Of a DNA stretch of 64,000 bases, positions 41,490 through 53,499 are shown piece by piece. Under the pieces are notes generated by a model. It was not told the DNA's origin and did no database searches. It saw nothing but the letters and a program-made list of their open reading frames with translations. Within the stretch, counting starts at the first letter, position 1. Every line of letters starts with the position of its first letter. The position numbers were made by a program, and so were the translations under genes. Origin of the DNA: Microbotryum violaceum (lineage: Eukaryota). The stretch covers positions 2,805,591-2,869,590 of the forward strand of contig LN717261.1 in the NCBI GenBank assembly GCA_001244265.2. Direction: 5' to 3'.

Positions 41490-41924
41490 ACGCTGACGCG
41501 TTACTGGGAGCAGACAGGAGAGGCAACATATCGTATGGTCGGATGGCTTCGAGTCAAGACATACGACCGAAAGCGGAAGGGAACATAAAGTAGTAAGACC
41601 AGGACTGTGATCGATAGTGGCGCGTCAAGCGGCAATGCTGTTGCTCGCTCGCGCTCAGGCTCGCTACGGCTGGTCTACCAGCGTGGTGAGACGGCACGTG
41701 ACTTAACCACGTCCATCAATGCTACCTTATCCCCACCGCTAATGAGGTAATGATGTAATGATGTTCTAACCGAGCTTCTTCTCGCTACTAATCTAAAGAA
41801 GAAATTGACGATGAGTGTTCCGAATATGCTTTATACGCAATGGCAGCATTTATAAGGTTGGATTACCCCGATACGAGCTCGCACGTACAGGAGATGAACG
41901 TGTTGAAGGCCACACTAGCCTCCG

Positions 41925-42065
41925 TGTTGCGCTAGTCCTCGGGCCATCCAGCAACCCGGGTTGCAGAGGAGGCAATATGTATGGCTACGCCGCGCAGAAG
42001 CGAGGGTTGGAGGCGCGCTGCGCGCGCCACTTTTCTGCGTGCTTATATATATAGCCAGAGGTGCG
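41925..42065 (+). mobile_element. Solo Helitron 5'-end fragment (inverted copy of ~37668-37778)
   Basis: ctagtcct.gggccatccagcaacccgggttgcag...tatggctacgccgcgc...gcgtgcttat.tatatagccagaggtgc is shared with the reverse complement of the Helitron start. Confidence 0.8.
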
Positions 42066-42412
42066 CAGGTTCCGAGACGCGACACATGTACACGCTGGGC
42101 TACATAATTATTCTTTCTCGCGGGCAGGAACTTGCGAGATCACGCTGAACGTGTCGCATACCGCGACGATGCTCAGAACAACGCTCGTAGTCGTGCATAG
42201 TATACCTCGAGATATTTCGTTCGATATTTACCTCCGCGGGTCTCGGCCGATCCGGATCGTGCGGCTGCTTTCACGGCAAGCGTGGCCCGTCGACTCAAAA
42301 CACGACTGGCCCACGCCTGCGATCGATCCACAACTTTATTACCGTCCAACTCGCATTCTGCCCGTCTCGCACTCTCACTCCACATCATCTTTGCATACGC
42401 CCGTCGCCCACC

Positions 42413-44220
<1,808 letters not shown>

Positions 44221-44337
44221 TAGGCGATACATCTTTGTAGAGAACCTCCGTCCTTCTTCTTCGTCTTTAGCTTGCTTTTTCTACGTCTTGTACACTTGCC
44301 CAAATTCATGCTTAGGTGCCACCACAGTTCCACTGTT

Positions 44338-44703
44338 ACACATGCGCGCGCGAAACTCATGGAGCCCATATGGAAAAACGCCCCAAGACCAAAGTTACCT
44401 TGCACCGTGAACGGCCCCCTTCTGATTTCAATCAGCATCGATTGAAATTGTGATTGTTTTTGCCAGCCCCTTCACAACTAACTACACGCAAAGTTACATT
44501 GCGCCTTAAATGGCTCCCTTCTGATTCCGCATCGCTTGAAATTGCTGTAGTCCAGTTGTGAAGGGGCTGGCAAAAAAATAACAATTTCAATCGATGATGA
44601 TTGAAATCAGAAGGGAGCCGTTCACGGTGCAAGGTAACCTTGGTCTTGGCAGACATACGGCGTTTTTCCATATAGGCTCCATGAGTTTCGCGCACGCATG
44701 TGT
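44338..44703. mobile_element. MITE / foldback element (~366 bp, ~140-150 bp TIRs)
   Basis: 44338-44479 is the near-perfect reverse complement of 44554-44703 (ACACATGCG termini). No clean TSD. Confidence 0.9.
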
Positions 44704-45252
44704 TCTAGACAAAATCATCGAGAGCGGTCTTCTCGATGCTCTTCGGTTGTGCGAAGCCCATCCAGTCAAATGAAGTTGCTAGCTAGATTTTCAGCGTGTA
44801 AATGAAGCAGACGATGCAGATGAAGTGTTCCGTCTGCATTCTTTGGACGCTCCCCCTGCACTGGTGCCTACTCCAGTTCAAGTTGGGAGCGAAGTAACTT
44901 GTCCCTCAAGTCGAGGAGGGTGTCAGCGTTGAACGAAATACTACAACAAGCGTCAGCCGTATGGCCCCACCAACCGTGATGAGGCAGAATGCATGTACGC
45001 ACCAAGGAACAGTAGATTCCGCATGATGGCTGCGCCCTCGGGACCCTTATAGTCCAGATGATCGAAATCGAGGGACGCGACATATATCACAATACAAAGG
45101 ACGTGTGATGTCTGCAAGGGCGTCCGAGATGATGGTCAAAATAGTTTACAACGCGTCACATGTCGACAAAAGATCATCCACACACAGTCTTCCAAAACAT
45201 AACATTCCGCCAGAACGCCATCCAGCACTCCTCGCACCTCACCTGAATCCAC

Positions 45253-48200
45253 CTACAGCCTACTGGCCATCTCCGAGAAGACTATATCCCTAATCCGATC
45301 CCCTTCTCTTCCCCTCCACAACGCTTCCTTCCCAAACGCCGCTTCCAAAGCCTCAAAGATGTTTCGAACAAAGATGAACTCGATGTCATTCTGGATCTCG
45401 AGGGGTAGGTCGTCCTTCACATCGCGGCGGTTCTTAAAAGGGAGGATGAGGGTTCGGATACCTGCTCGATGGGCACCGAGGACCTTCTCGCGGATGCCGC
45501 CTACTGGGTTTACTGTGGACTTTCACGTAGCCAAAACTAGTCAATATAAGTCAGTAGAAATGCAGCTGGGAAGACCTACCATTCCCACGCAAAGTGATCT
45601 CTCCCGTCATGGCAACCCCTTTAATCATCCTAATCTCCCTCATCAGCGACACAATCGCCACTACCATCGCCACGCCCGCCGAAGGCCCATCCTTCTTTAT
45701 CGAACCCGAAGGGAGATGTAGATGAATATCCAGATCCTTGAATGCGTCCTCAGTTCGACTAGTGGCAATCCCCAATTGGTGGGCATGCGATTTGGTCCAT
45801 GCTAAAGCCAGCCCAGCAGACTCGGTGATGACATCTCCTAGTTGGCCAGTGAGTTTGAAGTTGCCATGACCAGGCATCGAGGTCGTCTCGACGTGCAAAA
45901 CGCCACCATTGCCTGAGCCTCGGTATGCCAATCCTGTCGAAACGCCAATCATGTTCTCGCGATCCATCTCTTCGGCGTCATGGCGACTCTGTCCGAGGAT
46001 ATCGCCGATGTCCTCCTTGGTTAAGTCGACGCGGTAGCCATACTTAGCGACATGGGCTCCTAAGCGACCACGAGGATCCTTGGCCGCCTCGGCCTCATCG
46101 CGAGCCTTGGTGTATTCTACGGCCTTGGCACGGCAGACAGCCCCGATTTCGCGTTCGAGCGTCCGTACACCAGCTTCGTGCGTGTATGAAGTGATGAGGT
46201 GGAGAAGGACGTCGTCAGGCATCGAAAGGAGGTCGGCTGGCAGGGAGTTGGCTTTAACCTGTTTGGGGATCAAGTACTTCTTTGCGATCGCCAGCTTCTC
46301 CGAGTGCTGGATGAAGAAGGGACGCTCGATTAGGGTTGCAACCAACCCTGGACATGCTTTATGCGATACACTCACCACGTAACCGGACAGTTCGATCGTT
46401 TCCATTCGATCAAATAACGGTTCCGAAATCGTGTCGAGGCTATTGGCCGTGGCGATAAACAAGACGCTCGACAAGTCCAAGCTGTAGACTCGTCAAAGAA
46501 GGTCAGTCATACTAATTCTGAAGCGAGATGAGTATGTGGATTGGTTTTACGGGATTCCCAAGTAATGATCCTCGAAAGAACAGTTCTGCTCCGGGTCCAA
46601 CACCTCCAACAGCGCCGCTCCAGGATCACCATGAGTATTCGAAGACACAAGCTTATCAATCTCGTCCAACAGAATGACAGGGTTATTCGTCCCGCACTTG
46701 CGCAACGCCTGAGCGATCGCACCCGGTAACGCAGCGACGTAGGTACGACGATGTCCACGGATCTCGGCTTCGTCCCGGACACCACCCAGCGAAATGCGTT
46801 GGAACTTGCGACCCATCGCCGAAGCGAGCGATTTGGCGATCGAGGTCTTGCCCGTTCCGGGAGGGCCGCAGAGGAGAAGGATCGGGCCCTTGTTGCGTGG
46901 CTTAGCGACGACGTTCTGCCTCGAAGGAGCAGGCACGGACGGGGCGGCTGTAGGTGGAGGTGCACTGTCGTTGGTCGAGGCGACGACCTGACCCACCGTC
47001 GAGTCCACGGCGTCCTCATTGAAACCTCTCGCGGGCGTGCCATCGGTCAACTGCGCCTGTTCTAGCGAAGCGACGGCAGCCGCATTGTCGACCTCCCACT
47101 GCTCCTGCTTGAGTCTCAGCACGGCGAGCCATTCCAACAACCGCTTCTTGACCTTCTCCAGTCCGTAATGATCATCATCAAGCTTCTTCCTAGCCTGTTC
47201 GATAAAGTCCCTGGACAGCGGCAAAGGCGTCGACTCATTCCATGGCAAAGCCAATAGCCACTCGACGTAGTTGCGAATGACGCCATGCTCGGCACCTTGA
47301 GGGGGCGATTTCTTCAACCGCTTGAACTCGCGTATAACGACCTTGCGCGATTCCTCAGTCCAGGCTTTGGCCTTGATCTTCTTCTCCAACTCGGCCGTCT
47401 CGTTCTCCTCGTTCTCCTCGTCGTCATCATCGTCGTCGACCGGACTCTTCTTCTTGTCTCCTGGACCACCCCGGAGTCGACTCAAAGGTGAAGACGACGC
47501 TCGACCATTCTTGACGTCATTTGCGGCCAACTCTTTCAGTTCTTGTCGAATGGCGATGAGTTGCTGCATCAAGAGGTACTCCCTCTGTCGTCGGCTCGTG
47601 TTCTGGTCGACCTTGTCGCCGATCCTCTTTTTGAGGTTGAGCGATTCGTCGACGCGGCCGAGAATTTCGATCGCCTGCGCAACTCGATCGTCACCTCCCA
47701 AGGTGGACAGAATGGCGAGTCGATCGCTGAAGAGCAATCCGGTGGTGGAATTTGTGGGGATCGAGCCAATGAGAGCGTCGACAAGAGTGGGCGCGGTCTC
47801 GGGTGTCAGGGATCCGATGAGCGACTTGAGTCGACGATTGAGAAGCAGTGACAGAGGCGCGAGAGCCGAGAGTGAAGTCAAGACCTGATTCGCGATAGCC
47901 TGCAACGATTCGAGGAGAGACGAGGAGGAATAAAGGGGGGTCGACTTGAGGACCGTGACTGTCGTTTCGTGGAACGGCAACGTCGAGGGTCCAAAGTCGT
48001 CCATGTGCAGAACGATGCGGGCCAATCCTTCGAGAACGACGATGAAACCGCCCGAAGACAGTCGTTCAAGTCGCACAATACGAGCCGCCACACCGTCTGT
48101 AAAAAAATGGCAAAGGATCGCGTCAGCAAGTATCATAGTGTAGGTGATTTTCGGTCGACACCGGCGTGAAAGACTTGCATTCAAAGAGGTCGGCGATGGG

Positions 48201-48901
48201 TGGCTTGCCTTGTGCAGCACTACTCTTGTGCAAGACAACCGCCCTGGATTTGGCCGAATTGGACTTGTTTTGGTTATCCGACTCGTCATCGGACTGAGGA
48301 GGTGTTCGGTAAGGGTCCCGCCGATTGGACGTCGGGTTCGGAGTTGGCCTAGCCGGTGGTCCGGTTGTTGGCGAGGACGTGTCCTTCAGGGGTACGACAC
48401 CGATGATGAGGGGCTTGTTGCCCGAGTTCTGTTCGGCTTCCTGTTGAAGAAGGAGGATACGAATGAATCAGAAACAGTTGAGCTATTTGGAGACTGGACT
48501 TTACGCGTCGATGGTCGAAGAAGCGTCTGTCCGGCGTTCGGTGGCGTGATCAGGCCGAGCGGGGCCAATATCACGAGCCAACGATGCTGCCATGGACGGA
48601 CGGGGGATGACGACAAACGGACAGGAGCAGTCAACTCACCCTGAGCACACTTTGCAGCAACGCAACTGAATGCTTCGAGACGAATTGGATCGAAAGGACG
48701 AGTGAAGGGTACAAAACCTGCTTCTCCGGCAACCTGTATGATCGTACGAGGCAACGTTAAGCAGCGACGAGCGGTCGATGCTGCCGGCTGACGCGTCGTC
48801 CCCCACACGACCTGGTGCGTGGTGAGGCCGACGGTCGCCGGTGGGGTGACTCACGGCAAGATGGGGAGATGTGTAGGGATGTTGTAGGATCGTGACGCCA
48901 T
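45253..48901 (-). CDS. LONP2: Peroxisomal Lon protease (multi-exon) with C-terminal PTS1 -SRL
   Basis: [56 protein letters not shown] (catalytic Ser) and PVGGIREK (catalytic Lys). Ends ..EMASRL*. Start MASRSYNIPTHLPILP at 48901. Confidence 0.95.
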
Positions 48902-50310
48902 GATGGTGGATGCGGGTGGGCGCGAGCTCCGTCTCGAGTAGGGACGAGGTCAAGGTAGACCTCGGTGGAACAGGCTCGCCCGATAGCCGTTGGCTGGGTT
49001 AGCACCAGAGCCTGCACCAGCCGGGCCTCGCTCCTCACCGTTTCGCCGAGAGGCCCGAGATTGCCGAGACGGCCGAGTCTTTTCAACTTGGAAGGCTACA
49101 AAAGCACCGGTGACCAGAACCAAAAGACACACAGTCATATGTGCGACATCACTGGGACAATAATCGCTGCTCTACTACCCACGCACTATCCCACTGCAAG
49201 ACTATGAATTATGCACGCTCCCCGATGAGACTTCAATTTATACGCGCGGTTCGCCCCCGGCCTGCCAAACCGCCGACGGAGCTCATCCGAATGTAATCAC
49301 GGCAGAAAATAATTCTACAGTGTGTAGCAAACAGTCAAAATAATGATATTCGTATTTGAAGCGAAGCAGCAATTCCTCGGCTTGGGGAAGCCACGATATA
49401 TCGCTGCCACTTCCTGACAGGAGAGGTTACGCAAGGCTAGCGGAAATTATGGCTTGAATCTGAGGCTTTCACATATTATCCCATATTGAAGATGATAATC
49501 TTGTCTGTTATATTCCTGAATGGGTGGGTTCGTCTCCCGTCAATTGAGCTGCAGTCAGCCTAGAGAGAGCCCGGCCGAATGGTGTCGAAGGATCCATCCG
49601 ATCGGCTTGACCCCTGAGCGCCGAGTTCTGAGGCTGGCGCGAAACTTTGCCCGATCCCGTTAAGTTGCGCAAGTTCCTGTGGACCGCGGCCCAAAGGCGC
49701 GGTTCCATTCGTCATCACCGGATTCTCACGTTAGGACATGTAATGAGCCGTTCATGAAGGTATTGTATGAGACACGAAGCTCCCCCCAACCCGAATACCC
49801 TTGCAGCATCACCCCAACCGTGATGTTCTTGCACGCCGATTCAGAAGTGTATAATCCATTAGCGTTCTAGTGCTCCCCCACCGCTTACCGACAAAGAAGG
49901 AAAATTGAAGGGGCATACCTTCTTTGCGCGATGGCGGCCCGGTGTCAGTGCCGAGCTGGCTCGGTACATTCTTTGACCTGGTGGCCGCCACCAGCCGCCA
50001 CCGTCGCCGAATCGAAAGACTGAACTTTCCCTGACCCTCCAGGATTTCGAGGTCGGTGAATCGAACCACCCGATTCTTGACCGATGGAATGATCCGCTAC
50101 CGTGCATGTTGGCTTCCGATCATCATGAAGTAGTCCGAATCTCTGCTGGCGAGGGCGGTACGGGTTCGAGCGCTTCGCAAGTTTGCGGAGCACAGGTTCC
50201 TCCACCACCACTTCCTCAGCCATATCCAACACCTCCCATATATTTCAACAGGGTTTGGATACTCACATCAGCTTCTTATCGTATCTTCCATTCCGCTACG
50301 GCCCTGCGTC

Positions 50311-50500
50311 ATGCCTCGAACCACCTCGACGCGCTTCAACTCGCACGCTCACGAGAAGGCGTCCTCGACTTCGAGTTCGGCCAAGACTCGAGCAGGCTCA
50401 GCCACGACCGAGAAAGGTGCAATGAACCCCATCTTCAATACCTATACCTTGGGTCAACATATCTTGAAATCACCCCAGTCAGACTGCGGACGGAGCGCTT
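50311..50500 (+). pseudogene. DIM1: Probable 5' fragment of 18S rRNA dimethyladenosine transferase Dim1
   Basis: MPRTTSTRF...NPIFNTYTLGQHILKSP resembles the Dim1 N-terminal FNTxxGQHILKNP motif. The rest of the gene is absent. Confidence 0.6.
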
Positions 50501-50666
50501 GCGATGATGGATGTGGTTGAGTGTTAGATCACCTTTTTGGCCGAAAAATCCAAAAATTGGTGGACAAATGAGGTCCAAAATCGGGGATTCTGGCGGATTT
50601 TACCTACGCGCCTCAGGCTGGGCTTTCTGGGATCCTCCGGCAGCAGCCGGCAGCATAGGACGGCCA

Positions 50667-51160
50667 TAAGCTCGACGCCCCTTCCTTTGGGAGGGGCTTG
50701 TGAGTTATCGGCGCGTTTGGCCCAGTTGCCTTCCGAAATTCTGGCCCTGAAAAGTGCCCCCTTGCTGTAGCATGGCATATTGGTGCTATCTGAAAACTGG
50801 AGGGATACGTCTTTACTCTATCTCTATTGATGAGGCTTCACCGAAGCTTGAAGTCTAGGAACGCTTGATCATCTCGCTACAGCAGCTTGAATCAAGTGAT
50901 TCCGAACGAGACGCAGGTCGGCGCACGGACTAGTCGTAGTCCGGTCCGCGTCGAAGGCTGCATAGATCCAGGTCACTTGAGCCCGGCCGCGCCTCACGCG
51001 TCCTCTCTCTCCTCCACTCAACATCACACCTCCCCTCATGACGAGCCATGTCGGTACAAACACCCAGGCCGGTTAGGAGACCGCCCTGTCGACATCCATC
51101 AATTGAGTTCAGGGCGCCTCCCTTGCGATCAGCTTCAAGGGCCAGTCCTACGACCCCAGC
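50667..51160 (+). mobile_element. Helicase-side end of a second, diverged AcademH-like element
   Basis: TAAGCTCGA terminus. ttatcggcgcgtttgg..agttgcc..ccgaaatt..gaaaagt..ccttgc..tagcatggca matches the reverse complement of 26415-26511. MSVQTP..HPSIEFR..PLRSASRA matches the helicase N-terminus at 26170. Confidence 0.8.
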
Positions 51161-52084
51161 ACCGTGCACAAGCGCCTGAATGTCAAGCTCCAGCCCTCTT
51201 CGTCGTCTCACCCAGAGACAGACGGTCGCAGCAAGAAAATGAACAAGACTGCCTTCTAGATTCTTTGAGCGCTCGTCAACAAGGAGCAATCCAACTGGGC
51301 GGAGTGCCTTGCTGTCTGTGAGTATGCCATCAACTCGTCTCTCAATGTCGCTACCGGGAAAACCCCCTTCGAGCTCGTGCTTGGCTACACGCCCTCCCTC
51401 GCCCCGCTCGCCCGCATCGACGGTGATGACGACTTGCCGTCCGTTGAGGAGTTGCTTGCCCTTCGATTCCAAGCCTGCGAAGACGCGCGGGACCAGCTCG
51501 CCATTTCCAAGGTTCGGCAGGCAGCACAGTCCAACAAGAAGCGCCAGGATAAACCCTTTTGGGCTGTTGGGGATCTCGTTCTTCTCGACTCGAGTGATCG
51601 CCAAAAGAGGCTCCACACCCGCAAGCGCCGCGCAGCCAAGCTCATGGACCGCTTCGACGGTCCCTATCGTATTGTCAAGGCCCAACCGGAAATCTCGTCC
51701 TACACCCTGCAGCTGAACGGGGACGATGCAGCGGTACCATTTTTTCACATGGGCAAGCTCAAGACCTACCGCAAGAACGACACAGCCCTGTTCCCCAACC
51801 GTGAACCTGCACGACTGGGCCCAGTGGATGTAGGTGGCGAGCCAGAGCACATCATTGAAGACATTGTCGACGAGAGGATCCGTACTGGCAAGCAGCAATA
51901 CCTCGTCTCGTGGGTCTCGTGGCCGTCAGACAGCGATTCATGGGAGCCTGCCGAGGCACTGGAGGATACGGAGGCATTGGATAGGTGGGAGCGTCGGAAC
52001 GAGGAGTAGGGTTTTCGACCGGAGGAGGGGATTTGTTTCAAGGCGGGGAGAATGTAAGGCGCGCGCCTTACTACGGGCCACAGG
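51160..52084 (+). mobile_element. Ty3/gypsy chromovirus 3' remnant: integrase C-terminus, chromodomain, PPT and start of the 3' LTR (TG at 52053)
   Basis: HPETDG, CEYAINS..TGKTPFEL, RFDGPYRI, IEDIVDER..QYLVSWVSWPSDSDSWEP. PPT AGGCGGGGAGAA then TGTAAG. In-frame stops near 51257-51267. Confidence 0.9.
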
Positions 52085-53362
52085 TATGGGCCGCCGTTTG
52101 GGCAACAAATGGATTTGCGCGCCCGGGGCCTCCGCGCGCCCCGCCGAACGCTTCTGCGCGCCCGCGACTCGTCTAGCCTCTTTCATGCGCGACACACGCG
52201 AGCTCACGCACGACACTCGCGCGGACTTGCGCGGCCGCCTTCTTCCACACACACACCGCCCCCATGTCAACCTTGTCCAGTTATTCCCCGCTTTCATAAC
52301 GACTCTGTTTCACTCAACAGCCTTCAACTGCTATCATGAGAAAAGTAGATGGTATCATTCCGACTTGGGAGAGGGGGTTGGCCGTCAAGGGTGCAAGTAC
52401 GTTGCAAGCTGGGAGCTCTTTGAGCCCTCCTAATGCAGGCTGGAGCAGATGCAGAGATTCTTCCAGTGCCGATGTTCGATGTTCGATATACGATTCTGCT
52501 TCTGCATACCAAGACTCTTGGCCGGGAGCACCGGCGCAGGATTTGTCGGCCCACCTCGACAAATAATTATCTGGAACGAGCCCTACTAGTTCTCTGGAAC
52601 TCAATGGAGCCCGACTCTCGGAGTGCCCAGCCCTGAGCCTCGAAAGCTCGAACGCTTTCAACAGCCACACCACCAACCCAATACACCATAGCAATGTCGA
52701 AAATGCATAAAGCTTAGCGTTCGGAGCAAACGCCCTCCTGCCATGAGAATGAGTTCCATATCGCGGAGTAAAAAGGCAAACCTCCTCCGAGTGGTGTCGG
52801 TTCCGGCGCAAGTAGAAAAAGCCGCGAGCGTGTGAGCGTTTCCGGTCGCGCGCATCTGCGATTCTGCGAGCGTGAGAACTGTTTTGGGAGCGCGTGTAAG
52901 CAGCTTCCGAGGCGCGCAAATCGTTAAGAGCGGGGAGTGCGGGGTTCGGAATTTAGCTATGAAAATTGAACAAGTTGAATTATTTTTCGGATTTATTTTA
53001 TTATTTTTGGAAAAATCCCAAAAAGCGCGTAGATTGAGTAGGTTGCGCGCGCATGAGCGCGCTGTAGCGCGTGTAATGCCCCGTCCGTGCGCGGATACGG
53101 CGGGGCGAGCGAGTCTAACAGTGAGTGAAAAGCGCGCGGACCGCCAATAGGGGCCAGAAACAGAGGTTTTTCCTGGAAAGCGCGCAACTCCGAAGGTTCC
53201 AGAGCGCATTAGAGACCAAAAGTGCGTCCAAGGGTGAATGACGCGCGTATGAAGGCCTTTTGGCGCGCAATTGCACGATTTTCGGCGCGCGTACAAACGA
53301 ATTGTAACGCGCAAGTAGCCCCGGGCGCGCAAATCCATTTGTTGCCCAAACGGCGGCCCATA
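52085..53362. mobile_element. IS3EU-like non-autonomous DNA transposon inserted in the gypsy LTR
   Basis: Perfect 45-bp TIRs (52085-52129, 53318-53362) starting TATGGG, with a 6-bp TSD CACAGG (52079-52084, 53363-53368). TAY termini plus a 6-bp TSD fit IS3EU. The alternative reading is GTATGG termini with a 4-bp TSD. Confidence 0.75.
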
Positions 53363-53499
53363 CACAGGCATAGAAATAGAGATCGCACGCACCTAGCTTC
53401 TTCAGTTCCCTCCTCATCGGGCTGACACCAGAAGCTAGGTGAGTACTGGTGTTCCATATCTCAGCACTCTTGTACATCGGGCTGACACCAGACGCTAGT

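Noticed and set aside
24471-41666. Inverted match TAGCGA(GG)GCCTGAGCGC at 24471 and 41651-41666 as TIRs of a 17-kb element
   Set aside because: Short, gapped, GC-rich match with no TSD.
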